Source of the DNA: Candidatus Kapaibacterium sp.
GTDB lineage: Bacteria > Bacteroidota > Ignavibacteria > Kapaibacteriales > UBA2268
Length of the DNA stretch: 64,000 nucleotides
Assembly (NCBI GenBank): GCA_963664875.1
Contig: OY761611.1
Span: 3,712,001 to 3,776,000, forward strand
Reading direction: 5' to 3'
The notes beneath the pieces were generated by a model. The model was not told the DNA's origin and searched no databases. It worked only from the letters and a program-made list of their open reading frames with translations. Positions 47,346 to 57,802 of the stretch are shown here, one piece after another; the stretch's first letter is position 1; the number at the start of each line of letters is the position of its first letter. Both the position numbers and the translations under genes were made by a program.

Positions 47346-50231
47346 TTAGTCTAAGCTATAAGAAACACCAATCGAGAAAGATCTACCAAGAGAATATTGC
47401 TGAGTGATGTATTCTTGTCCTTTGAATTCCTGAGCTTTTTTCACTTCAGAATCCAATATGTTTTTAGCTGATATTTTCAATTTCAAATTGTCTAAGAGTT
47501 TCTGAGAAAAGACCAATCCAATATCAGGTCTTGAGTATTCATACACATCCGGTGTACCCTGCTGAGTTACTTCAGATAGGCGTTTACCAAAAATGTTGTA
47601 GTTAATGCTTGCTTCTGTACCTGATTCCATATTGACATAGGCAAAATCAAAGTTTACGATAAATGGAGACTGCCCCTGTAACTCTCTTGTGCCTTTTGCA
47701 TTAGGATCATACGCTTGGATGACTTTCAATTCTTCAGGTGATATGTCAACTTTAGATTGAACCAAAGTTACGTTAGTACCTAATTGTAGATTGTTTGCCC
47801 ATGTACCAAGGAAGCCTAATTGTTTTCTGAACTCGAATTCGGCTCCATAAAGCGAAGCAGTTTCAACATTTTGGTACTGGATTTCTTTATTTACATTGAT
47901 GATTACTCTTTCTATCGGATTTGTAAAGTCTTTGTAGAACAAGCTAACAGCAAGGATTTCACCCGGATTTGCAAAATATTCCCATCTCAAATCGTAGTTG
48001 TCGATTTTAGTTCTTTGTAGATCAGAGTTACCAAGCAAAATGTAACCACCGACGTACTCGAAAGAGGAGTAAGGAGCAAATTCTCTAAAGTTTGGTCTTG
48101 CTATTGTTTTGCCAAATGCAAAACGCAAGTTCATTTTATCGTTGAAGCCATAAACCATATTTACTGAAGGTAGCCAATCTTGTTCCGCAAGGTTACCAAC
48201 AGCTTTTAATGTGTCACGGCTTGTAACAGTAATGTCAGTTGTTTCGTATCTTACACCACCGATAATTCTAAAGTTAGAAACATAAGGAACTGTCCAGTCT
48301 ATCATACCATAACCTGCACCAATAGTCTGTTCACCATCATAAGATGATTTGGTTGGATCATAGTATTGGATATAATTACCGAAGCGAGGGAATTTGCTTG
48401 AGCTATCGATAATACCTGCATTATTTTTGAAGAAATTATCAGCATCGCCGTCATAATTTGCTCTGTCTTGAGCTATATCAAATCTGAATTCTTGGAAAGA
48501 ACGGGTCTTTTCAGTGTAAGCCATACCTGTTTTGAATTTAAAAGCATTGCCTACCCAGTCTTCTAATGGCAGTTCGTAGTTGAGGTTTACTGAGTTCAAG
48601 TCTTCAGATAGATTTCTGAAATATCTTGAAGGGTATTTGTAAAGAGATTGATCTATATCGTATCTTCTTTCACCTGTTTCTTCATCAATAGAATAGTCAT
48701 TAGTAAAGAATCTCAAATCAGGTTCGTCTTGAGTGTTTTGGCTGATAGATACCTGCCAGTCCAATTTTGAACCCAATACAGACGGCATATTGTGCTTACC
48801 TGAAAACTGTAGGGAAGACATAGCTCTTTCCACATAGCTAAGCACTCTTGTTTCATAAGTTCTGTCAAGACCGTAGTATCTGTCATAACCTTCCTGGTAA
48901 CGGGCAGAAGATTCGCCTGACTGATTGTACATATAGTTAACAGAGATTTGGTTGTTTTGAGTAAGGTTATAAGATAAATTACCCATAGCTCCCCAAAGCA
49001 CTTCGTCTGTTGATTTTTTGTCAGTAACTTTATTATCGTCTGTAAGGCTTGTTACGTTTTCTGCTGAACCAGAAAGAGAGTAGAAAGCATTTAAACCATT
49101 GTCATAAGATTTGAATTTTCTTCCGTAGCTAAAGCTTGCCACATAACCCAATTCGCTGCCAAATAGTTCTACCTGATCGCCGACATTTGCAGAAAAACTT
49201 CTGTCTATCGGAGCAGTCGTAGTAGTAGGAGACATCTGAGTATCAAAAGATTTTGTCAAATCATTTAGCAGCTGTGCTTTTTCAGGATCCATCCAAGTGT
49301 CCTGAAGGTAAGGAACAGCAGCATTAGGATTGTTTATTATTTCCTGAACAGCAGCGGGTATATCTCTTTTACCATTATCATAACCCAACCAGTCAGTATC
49401 AGAGCCACCATAAGTTAGCATATCTTTTCCGGTAGTCTGAGAGTTCATGGAAGAAGAAAGAGAAATTGAAGCTCTGAATTTATCAGGAAATGATTTAGTT
49501 GCAATATTTACTGCACCGCCTGTGAAATCACCCGGTTTGTCGGGAGTTGCGGTTTTAGTAGTAACAATGTTTTCTATTAGGTTAGTCGGGAATAAATCAA
49601 GGTGAACAGAACGTTTGTCAGGGTCAGCTGAAGGTAACTGAGCTCCGTTAAGCTGAGTAGAAGCATATCTGTCGCCCAAACCTCTGATATAAACATATTT
49701 CCCGCCAACTGTAGTAGCACCGGTAACTTTTTTAATAGCATCACCGGCGTCGCCCGAACCGCCTCTTGAAATCTCTTCAGAGCCGATAGCGTCGCTCATA
49801 GCAGTTGCTTTTTGTCTGTCTTTTAAAAGAGCAGCACCGTTGTTTTTTATAGCTTTAGCAGTAACCACCACAGCATCTGTAGTAGTAACTTTTGTTGCCA
49901 TAGTAATGTTTATTTGTTTTGTTTCGCCGGGACCAACGTTTATATTAGCAACTTCAAACTGTTGGTATCCGACATAAGTACAAACTAATGTGTAAGTACC
50001 CGGTGTAATATCTTTGATGCGGTATTTGCCGCCCATTTTAGAAATTGCACCTTTTTTCTGATCTTTTAAAAATACTCTCGCTCCTATTAGAGCATCTCCG
50101 GTAGCTTCACTAACAACTTTACCGGTAATTACAGCTTTTTCTTCCGCAGACAAAGTAGTTGCGGATAAGATTGAAACTAAGAAAAGCACTATCAATTTCA
50201 TTGATGAAATTTTCAAGGCACCCTCCAACAA
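47346..50231 (-). CDS. TonB-dependent receptor with N-terminal carboxypeptidase-regulatory-like domain
   Basis: ITGKV...TG..LIGA.V, YVYIRGLGDRY, LDLFP, KTATPD.PGDF.GG, ARPNFRE, GN.DL, LQGQSP, KNILD; true start may be 50216 (TTG) or 50201. Confidence 0.93.
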   Translation of the reverse strand: MLEGALKISSMKLIVLFLVSILSATTLSAEEKAVITGKVVSEATGDALIGARVFLKDQKKGAISKMGGKYRIKDITPGTYTLVCTYVGYQQFEVANINVGPGETKQINITMATKVTTTDAVVVTAKAIKNNGAALLKDRQKATAMSDAIGSEEISRGGSGDAGDAIKKVTGATTVGGKYVYIRGLGDRYASTQLNGAQLPSADPDKRSVHLDLFPTNLIENIVTTKTATPDKPGDFTGGAVNIATKSFPDKFRASISLSSSMNSQTTGKDMLTYGGSDTDWLGYDNGKRDIPAAVQEIINNPNAAVPYLQDTWMDPEKAQLLNDLTKSFDTQMSPTTTTAPIDRSFSANVGDQVELFGSELGYVASFSYGRKFKSYDNGLNAFYSLSGSAENVTSLTDDNKVTDKKSTDEVLWGAMGNLSYNLTQNNQISVNYMYNQSGESSARYQEGYDRYYGLDRTYETRVLSYVERAMSSLQFSGKHNMPSVLGSKLDWQVSISQNTQDEPDLRFFTNDYSIDEETGERRYDIDQSLYKYPSRYFRNLSEDLNSVNLNYELPLEDWVGNAFKFKTGMAYTEKTRSFQEFRFDIAQDRANYDGDADNFFKNNAGIIDSSSKFPRFGNYIQYYDPTKSSYDGEQTIGAGYGMIDWTVPYVSNFRIIGGVRYETTDITVTSRDTLKAVGNLAEQDWLPSVNMVYGFNDKMNLRFAFGKTIARPNFREFAPYSSFEYVGGYILLGNSDLQRTKIDNYDLRWEYFANPGEILAVSLFYKDFTNPIERVIINVNKEIQYQNVETASLYGAEFEFRKQLGFLGTWANNLQLGTNVTLVQSKVDISPEELKVIQAYDPNAKGTRELQGQSPFIVNFDFAYVNMESGTEASINYNIFGKRLSEVTQQGTPDVYEYSRPDIGLVFSQKLLDNLKLKISAKNILDSEVKKAQEFKGQEYITQQYSLGRSFSIGVSYSLD

Positions 50232-50318
50232 AAAATATTATAACACAAAATATCTAAGCAGGAACTGTAAAATTTACAGTATGCAAAGTTCCCAATTTAG
50301 TATGTGCTTGATATAAAG

Positions 50319-50341
50319 CTTATGTTAAACTTATGTTAAAC
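50319..50341 (-). promoter_or_regulatory. Tandem 11-bp direct repeat, Pho-box-like operator
   Basis: CTTATGTTAAA x2 (minus strand TTTAACATAAG x2; TTAACA-N5-TTAACA) about 90 bp upstream of the receptor. Confidence 0.55.
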
Positions 50342-50439
50342 CATTTATTGAGGCTTTTTATCAAGAAAAGCTGAATAATTGGCACTTTTTTTGTCGCATT
50401 TCTTTCGGTGTATTATATACTTTTCAAAACAGGCAAAAA

Positions 50440-53400
50440 ATGGATAAGGAAATCTCAATCATTGATGTGATTAACTACGATCCGGAACTGGCTCTCAGCA
50501 TTATAAATCACGATAAACAAAAAGCTGAAGAGCTACTCAGAGAGGTAGCTGAAAGAAGGATAGACACGGAAGTTGCATGGAATTTGGCACGCTCTGCTTC
50601 TAAAGCAGGAATGCTCGATTTTGTAGAAAATGCTTGTAAGATAATACTTAATATCAACCCTGAATTTTGGTATGCACGCGAATTGCCGAAACATACAATT
50701 GGCTATTATTCGCAGATAAATCAGGATAAATTTCTGGAAAATTGGTTTCAAAGCTGGCAACCTAAAGAAAAGATATTTGTTGAGGTAGGAGCTTTTGATG
50801 GGTTACATTATTCAAATGTAAGACGTTTGGCAGAAGAACACTCTTGGTCGGGTATCTCGATTGAGCCGGTTTTCCACAATTACGAAAAGATGCTTAAAAA
50901 TTATAAGAACCTGCCCATAAAGTGCCTCAATATCGCTGCTTCCGATTATGACGGTGAAACAGAAATCAATGTCTCAAGCTATCCTCATTTGCCTGATTGG
51001 GGAAGCGATGTTGCTTCTTTGAAAGAAATTGATAAAGAAGTGTGGACAAATAAATATAATGCACAATGGACAAAACAAAAAGTTAGCGTTAAAACACTTA
51101 ACACAATACTAACAGAAGAAAATTTAGATAATATTGGTTTGCTTTGTATTGATACAGAAGGGGCAGACCTTGACGTGTTGAAAGGTCTTGATTTGAATAA
51201 ATACAGACCTGACATGATAGTAGTCGAATACGGTAAAATGCGTAATGAAATAATTAATTATGTTACTCAGCATAATTATTCTTCAGTATTTGACAATGGA
51301 CAGGATATCTTTTTTGCAGCTATCAATTTTGCATCTGAAAGCAACACTATCAATTTCTCCGGTGAAGCAAATCTGCCTCCTTACGATGAGATACAGTTGT
51401 TTGCAGAAAATGACTTGCATTTAGTATTAGACAAACAACCTGAAGATGTGCGAAATATAGTAATTGTTGGAGCTTATGACGGGTTTGAAATATCAAAGAT
51501 GCTCAAATCATATCCGAATGCGAAATTTTTTGCATTTGAAGCACATCCTGATCATTATCAAAAATTGAAAAACAACTATAATAATAAAAACAACTATAAT
51601 AATATAGATAGAGTAAAATCATATCATCTTGCTGTAGCAGAAATGCCGGGAGAAATTTATATACATCCTACAAATATAGAAGCTGCAGCCTCTACTTTGC
51701 CTTTGAAGACTGATGCTGACCTAGAGCTAAATGTAGATATATCTCAGGATCCTCTCAATCAATATGCTATAAGTAATCTGCCAAAAATTAAAGTTGAAGC
51801 GAATGCTCTGGATAATATCACAGACCTTGCCGGATTGGATATTGATTTACTGTGGATAGATGTGCAGGGAGCAGAGCTCAATGTGCTAAAAGGAGCTAAA
51901 GAGTTATTAAAACGAACATCTGCTCTATTTATGGAAGTATGGATGACAAAAACTCTTTATCAAGGGCAGTGCTTAGCTCATGAGCTAAGAGATTTTGTCA
52001 AAGATTACAATTTTGAATTATACGGTATCGGGCTTGATAATAAATTGGCAAACGGTACTGGTAATTCTATTTGGGTGAAAAGTGCAGTAAAACCGGAAAG
52101 TGTTGTTTCCACGTCAAGAGAGATAGTAATAGAGTCTGAGAAATCTTCACTTGTACCGGTGAAAGAGATAATGCACAAATTCAATCCACATCTTTTTGAG
52201 AAAGACTTCTTGCCGACAAATATTTCTGTACCTGTAAAAAAAGCAAGTCCAACTCAACTGCTAAATTTCAGAAGATTTGATTTGGCTGCAAAACTCATAT
52301 ATGCAGATTATCGAGAAAAAAATATAAACTCTGATTTTGGCCAGCAGGTATATTCTAATCATATACAGGTTATCAATAATTTTCAGGAATTAGATGCTTC
52401 CGGCAAAACCGGAATAATGTCTTTTCTGCATGATTTCAATAATCTGCTGGACAGCATAAAAGAAAACGGATATAGTGAAGATTCACTTATTCCTGTTGAT
52501 AGAGAAGGCACACCAGTAGATGGATCTCACAGGGTTGCTGCTTGTATCTATCATGATGTTGACATTCCTATGGCGAAGTTTCCTATTATCAGCTATAATT
52601 ACAGTTACTTCAATTTCCTTCAGGCAAAATTCCCTTTAGTCTATGCAGATGCTTGTGCTTATGAGTATGCAAAAAGAAAAGAAAATACTTATATCGCTAC
52701 AGTGTTTCCTTCAGCAGAAGGCAAAAATGATGAATTGATAGCTACTCTAAGTAAATATGGAAAAATAGTTTACCAAAAGCACATATTTTTACAAAAATAC
52801 GGCCCATTGCATCTAATCAGACAAATATACAGACATGAAGCTTGGCTGGGAGATTGGAGTAATAACTTTCAGGGAGCTCAACACAAAGCAAAAATGTGCT
52901 TCCAAAAATCAGGAGCAGTTAGAACATTTTTGATTGAGTCAGATTCGCCTGAGAGTATGAAACAGTGCAAAGAAGATATAAGAACACTTTATGGTATCAG
53001 TAATGATTCGATTCATATCAATGATACTCATCAAGAAACTATACTGCTTGCTCAGATATTGTTCAACGAAAATTCTGTGCATTTCCTAAATAATGCAGAT
53101 TTGAAGTTCTTCCCGAATTTTTACAAGCTTTTGGATTTATACGAGCAAAGATTTAAAAAAGGTGACTTGAATCCTGATCATTTTGCATTGGACGGCAGCA
53201 CAATCTTAGCTGTTTACGGGATAAGAGAAGCTCGAGATTTGGATTATCTTCATTTTGAAAATGAAGGTATAAATTTTGGAGCACCCGGCTATATTGATAG
53301 CCACAATTTTGAAGCAAAAGTACATCAATCTTCGATAGATGATATAGTGTGCAATCCTCAAAATCATTTTTACTATAACGGAATTAAGTTCGCTTCGCTT

Positions 53401-56400
53401 GATGTGCTGAAAGAAATGAAAACTGCAAGGGGAGAAGCTAAGGATTTGAACGATGTAAATCTGATAAATCAATTAGTTACCACTCCTATTCAGCCTATGA
53501 ATAAGTATAATCCTCAAAATATAATTGATACTACGAAGAAAACAAAAATTGTCGGATTGATGCCGGCAAGGAACGAGGAAAATATTATAGCCAATGCTCT
53601 TAAAGCATTATCCAAAGTTACAGATGCTATAGTCTATTTAGATGACTATTCGACAGATAATACTTTGGAAGTTGTTAATTCGCTAAGGCAGGAATGCAAT
53701 ATCGAATCCATTTTAACCAAAGACAGTTGGTATAGGGATGAACCGGGTGACAGAAACAGGCTATTAGAAGAAGGCAGAAGAATTGGCGGAACGCATTTTA
53801 TAGTTCTTGATGCTGATGAAATCATAACTTCAAACGCATTAGAAAAAGATATGCTACGTATCGGCATAATGAAAATGAAACCGGGCGATGTGCTGATGCT
53901 CAATTGGATTCAACTTTGGAGAAGCACTCAGCAATATAGATTAGATTCTTCCCAATGGTCGCATCATTATAAAGATTTTGCTTTCTGCGATGACGGGAAA
54001 TGTAGCTATGAGTCTGAATTTATACATACTCGAAGAACTCCCGGCAATCTTGACGGTAAAGTATTCCGAATTAGCGGTTACGAAACAGGAGTAATGCACT
54101 TTCAGTTTGTCAATTGGAGAAATCTTCTTATCAAACAAGCTTGGTATAGGATTCTGGAAAAACTTAGAACTCCTGAAAAATCAGAGCAGGCAATAAACGA
54201 AAGATACGCTCCAAGCAAAAACGAAACAGGTATCAATCTTGAAGATGCTCCACAATCATGGTTTGAAAATTATGATTTCCTTGATATGTCTGTTTATGAC
54301 AAACCGGAGCTATGGAGAGAAACGCAGGTAATAGAATGGTTTAATCAATATGGCACAGAACCTTTTGCTAATCTTGACATTTGGGATATAGACTGGGGTA
54401 AGGCAATTGGCATTAGTCCGGAACTTTATCGTAAACCTGAGGCAGAAACTGACCGGGTTATCGAAGAGATAGAGCGACAAATAGCAAGAGGCGATTATGA
54501 CACTGCCTATAGTATGCTCGATGTATATACAGTGCAATATCCCGAATCACATACTCTTTCTCTGATGTTTGCTGAAGTATGTATAGAAAGGAACGAAACA
54601 GAAGAAGCCAGAAAAGCTCTCAACAAAGTACTGAAACATCAGCCTGCAAATTTGCGAGCTCTTAATGCCTTTGCTGTATTGGAGTGGAGCGATGCCAACC
54701 CCGAAGAAGCTTTGAAATATCTGTTGCAGGCAATTAAAATAAATCCGAACGACGAAGTAGTTGTGCTAAATATAAGCGATATATTTCTTGCCGTCGGAAG
54801 AAAAGATGACGCAATTGAAATACTAAGCACATTTGTTAAACGCAATCCTGACAATCACAAGGCAAAACAAGCACTTGTAGAAATTGAAGCTATAGTCGAA
54901 GACAGCTCAAAGGAAAGCAATTTGACATATAAAGTGTCCGCACTTGTTAGCGTATATTCTTCGATGAAGTACATTGAAGCCTGTATGGAAGATTTGACTC
55001 GTCAGACTTTATTCAGGAAAGGAGAACTTGAAATTGTAATAATAGACAGCAATTCTCCTGAAAACGAAGTTGAGATTATAAATAGATACATTTCCAAATA
55101 TCCTGAACAAATTGTATATCAAAGAACCCAGCAAAGAGAAACAATATACCAAAGCTGGAACCGAGCCATTGATTTAGCAAGGGGTGAATATCTTACAAAT
55201 GCAAATACAGACGATGCACATAGGGTAGATGCTTTGGAATTGATGGCAAAAGCACTTGACGCAAATCCAAATCTAGGTATGGTCTATGCCGATACTTTCA
55301 TAACAAATATAGAAAATGAAAAGTTTGAAGAAACGCAATCTGTCAAACGCTATGACTGGCCTGATTATAATCTTGCTACTATTTTATCAAATTTTGCTTT
55401 TGGTCCACAGCCAATGTGGCGAAAATCAGTCCATAATACTGTCGGCTATTTTGACGACAAACTAAAAATTGCTGCGGACTACGAATTTTTCATAAGAGTT
55501 TGCAGACAGTTTGGAGCAACTCATCTCAGAGAGACGCTTGGGCTATTTTTGCAGAGAGACGATAGTGTAAGTGGTTCATCTAATCGAGAAACTACTATCA
55601 ATGAAACTATGCAGGTGCTGAACCATCACAGAAAAGATGTAAAGCTTAAAGAGTTATATCCTCGTTTAGCTAATGAAGCAACACCAAAAAATATAGCTCA
55701 TGCTTTATTTGATTTTGCAAACCTGCATTTAGTTAGTCCTTATCCAAATTATCAGAGAGCTTTGGAGCTTTACGAAGATGCTATGAAAACTGCTAATTTG
55801 GCACCTGTAGATTTGGCTGAAATACAAGATAAGTTTTTTAATAATGCGGCGATAATACTTGCTGCTTCGGGTCACCAGGAAAACGCAGAAGAATTTTTTG
55901 CAAAAAGTAAACAGGATTTAAGCCGATATAACGAGAAGCTTCTTGCAGAGTTGAAAAAGTCCGGGCAAAGAGCATTTCCGATATTATTTAAGATAAGCAG
56001 CATAGACAATGATGTTATAGCCGATGCACGCAGAGCAAACGCCTGCTGCTGTGATGATTATATGGAAATAGTTGTACTTAATGATCAAACTCATGACTTC
56101 GCTGATGTATATACAGGGAATAATGGAGTAGAGGTAACTGTTGATGAAATAATGCGAGCTAAGAAATCTTTGCCGCGTTATTCAGTCAGTTTGCAAGACA
56201 AAAATGAATCACAAGATTTGACAGAGTCAAAACCTGTCTTTCCAAGCATAGAAGACTTATCAAGAATTAAGACAAAGAAAAAAATCTTATTTACCATGTT
56301 TGGCTGGAATGAGTCAGGTGGCGGCACCTATATGCCGAGAACAATGGCAAAATATCTTGTGTCGCAGGGATTTGAAGTTGCTGTGTTTTATGCAGGTTTG

Positions 56401-57546
56401 ACTCACGGGACGGAAAGTAAACCTTACTTTTTTGAAAGATCAGAGGATTGTGGAGTTAAGTTATACGGAGTCTTCAATCGCCCGAGACCTTTCATAATAG
56501 ATAACGATCCAAATCTTGAAATACACGATCCACATATAGCAAGGCTATTCGAAAAGGTATTGGAAGAGTTTAAACCGGATATAGTTCATTTCCACAATTT
56601 TTTGGGATTGTCATTTTCTCTTGCTGAGATTGTTTACAATAAAAATATACCATCGGTCTATACTCCTCACAATTATCACTTGATAGACCCTGCATTATAT
56701 ATGATAAGAGAAGATTTGAAGATATGGGAGGATACCGAATATTTTAATAATTTATTAAATCCTTCAGAAAAATCAGAACTTAGAGACGCATACAGACAGA
56801 GATTTATATATGCCAGTTCGGTTGTAAATAAATTTACTGACTATACCCTTGCAATCTCAAACCGTGTAAAAGAGATATTAATTGATTTCGGATGTTTGCC
56901 TAATAAAATTTCAGTGGTGCATCAGATACCGGAATCTGTTGATAAATTGAAAAAGCAACATAAACACTACGAGAACAATCATAAAGTGCTCAAGTTTGCA
57001 TTCTTTGGAAGTGTGATTCCTCACAAAGGTGTTCATAAAATACTGAATGCCTCCCATGTGCTGAAACCGGGTATGGCAGAGTTTTATATCTTTGGAGAGG
57101 GGAACAATCGCTACATAGAGGAATTAAAAAAAGCAGATACTAATAACTCTCTGAAATGGATGGGAAGCTACAGACAGGAAGACTTAAGTGAAATTGCAGA
57201 CGAAATGGATGCAGCTATTATCCCAAGCATTTGGGAAGAGGGTGCAGGACTTGTCTTATTGGAAGCACAGGCTTTAGGCTTGCCTGTAATAGCTTCAAGA
57301 ATAGGAGGAATTCCGGATTTTGTGAAACATAAAGAAAACGGATTCCTTTATCCGTATAATTCTGAAATGAATTTGGCTTCGATTTTGACAGAAATAATCA
57401 GCAAACCAAATATGCTCGAAAAACTTAGTCAAAATACAATATCAGATATATCATTCGAAGATTTTATGAAGCACATTGTCAATATTTATAAACTATTACA
57501 GCAAAAAGACCGGCCAAAAGCAAAAGAGCTTGACTTTTTGATATAG
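50440..57546 (+). CDS. Giant multidomain glycan-modifying protein: FkbM MTase x2, ParB/Srx-like, NDK-like, NTase-like, GT2, TPR, GT2, TPR, GT4
   Basis: YSQ..QD/FVEVGAFDG...SN/IDTEG; VGAYDG/IDVQGAE; SIKENG...DGSHR; NDSIHINDT; DGS..LAVYGIR..RDLD; ARNEE/DDYSTD/LDADE; IDSNS/NTDD; PSIWEEG.GLVLLEA. Confidence 0.85.
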   Translation: MDKEISIIDVINYDPELALSIINHDKQKAEELLREVAERRIDTEVAWNLARSASKAGMLDFVENACKIILNINPEFWYARELPKHTIGYYSQINQDKFLENWFQSWQPKEKIFVEVGAFDGLHYSNVRRLAEEHSWSGISIEPVFHNYEKMLKNYKNLPIKCLNIAASDYDGETEINVSSYPHLPDWGSDVASLKEIDKEVWTNKYNAQWTKQKVSVKTLNTILTEENLDNIGLLCIDTEGADLDVLKGLDLNKYRPDMIVVEYGKMRNEIINYVTQHNYSSVFDNGQDIFFAAINFASESNTINFSGEANLPPYDEIQLFAENDLHLVLDKQPEDVRNIVIVGAYDGFEISKMLKSYPNAKFFAFEAHPDHYQKLKNNYNNKNNYNNIDRVKSYHLAVAEMPGEIYIHPTNIEAAASTLPLKTDADLELNVDISQDPLNQYAISNLPKIKVEANALDNITDLAGLDIDLLWIDVQGAELNVLKGAKELLKRTSALFMEVWMTKTLYQGQCLAHELRDFVKDYNFELYGIGLDNKLANGTGNSIWVKSAVKPESVVSTSREIVIESEKSSLVPVKEIMHKFNPHLFEKDFLPTNISVPVKKASPTQLLNFRRFDLAAKLIYADYREKNINSDFGQQVYSNHIQVINNFQELDASGKTGIMSFLHDFNNLLDSIKENGYSEDSLIPVDREGTPVDGSHRVAACIYHDVDIPMAKFPIISYNYSYFNFLQAKFPLVYADACAYEYAKRKENTYIATVFPSAEGKNDELIATLSKYGKIVYQKHIFLQKYGPLHLIRQIYRHEAWLGDWSNNFQGAQHKAKMCFQKSGAVRTFLIESDSPESMKQCKEDIRTLYGISNDSIHINDTHQETILLAQILFNENSVHFLNNADLKFFPNFYKLLDLYEQRFKKGDLNPDHFALDGSTILAVYGIREARDLDYLHFENEGINFGAPGYIDSHNFEAKVHQSSIDDIVCNPQNHFYYNGIKFASLDVLKEMKTARGEAKDLNDVNLINQLVTTPIQPMNKYNPQNIIDTTKKTKIVGLMPARNEENIIANALKALSKVTDAIVYLDDYSTDNTLEVVNSLRQECNIESILTKDSWYRDEPGDRNRLLEEGRRIGGTHFIVLDADEIITSNALEKDMLRIGIMKMKPGDVLMLNWIQLWRSTQQYRLDSSQWSHHYKDFAFCDDGKCSYESEFIHTRRTPGNLDGKVFRISGYETGVMHFQFVNWRNLLIKQAWYRILEKLRTPEKSEQAINERYAPSKNETGINLEDAPQSWFENYDFLDMSVYDKPELWRETQVIEWFNQYGTEPFANLDIWDIDWGKAIGISPELYRKPEAETDRVIEEIERQIARGDYDTAYSMLDVYTVQYPESHTLSLMFAEVCIERNETEEARKALNKVLKHQPANLRALNAFAVLEWSDANPEEALKYLLQAIKINPNDEVVVLNISDIFLAVGRKDDAIEILSTFVKRNPDNHKAKQALVEIEAIVEDSSKESNLTYKVSALVSVYSSMKYIEACMEDLTRQTLFRKGELEIVIIDSNSPENEVEIINRYISKYPEQIVYQRTQQRETIYQSWNRAIDLARGEYLTNANTDDAHRVDALELMAKALDANPNLGMVYADTFITNIENEKFEETQSVKRYDWPDYNLATILSNFAFGPQPMWRKSVHNTVGYFDDKLKIAADYEFFIRVCRQFGATHLRETLGLFLQRDDSVSGSSNRETTINETMQVLNHHRKDVKLKELYPRLANEATPKNIAHALFDFANLHLVSPYPNYQRALELYEDAMKTANLAPVDLAEIQDKFFNNAAIILAASGHQENAEEFFAKSKQDLSRYNEKLLAELKKSGQRAFPILFKISSIDNDVIADARRANACCCDDYMEIVVLNDQTHDFADVYTGNNGVEVTVDEIMRAKKSLPRYSVSLQDKNESQDLTESKPVFPSIEDLSRIKTKKKILFTMFGWNESGGGTYMPRTMAKYLVSQGFEVAVFYAGLTHGTESKPYFFERSEDCGVKLYGVFNRPRPFIIDNDPNLEIHDPHIARLFEKVLEEFKPDIVHFHNFLGLSFSLAEIVYNKNIPSVYTPHNYHLIDPALYMIREDLKIWEDTEYFNNLLNPSEKSELRDAYRQRFIYASSVVNKFTDYTLAISNRVKEILIDFGCLPNKISVVHQIPESVDKLKKQHKHYENNHKVLKFAFFGSVIPHKGVHKILNASHVLKPGMAEFYIFGEGNNRYIEELKKADTNNSLKWMGSYRQEDLSEIADEMDAAIIPSIWEEGAGLVLLEAQALGLPVIASRIGGIPDFVKHKENGFLYPYNSEMNLASILTEIISKPNMLEKLSQNTISDISFEDFMKHIVNIYKLLQQKDRPKAKELDFLI
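51568..51603 (+). repeat. Perfect in-frame 18-bp tandem duplication (KNNYNN x2)
   Basis: AAAAACAACTATAATAAT repeated twice. Confidence 0.85.
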
Positions 57547-57566
57547 AATTTGTAAAATGCAATAAG

Positions 57567-57601
57567 AAGAGGGTAAGGTTTGTAGATTGCTCTCTTTTTT
57601 T
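57567..57601 (+). terminator. Probable intrinsic terminator
   Basis: AAGAGGGTAA...TTGCTCTCTT plus T run. Confidence 0.5.
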
Positions 57602-57802
57602 GTATATTTTTCAACAATGTGAATTTTCATACTCACTATTTGGCTATTTTTCTGTATATTATAAAGATTTTAGCTTTAAAATTGAAAGCCTATTGAAATT
57701 ATTTTGATAAACTGTGTAACAAAATACGCACTTGTTGGTCAATTAGATATAAAGGCAAATAAAAAAACATATATATTATTTATTTATTTTTCGGAGGAAA
57801 TT

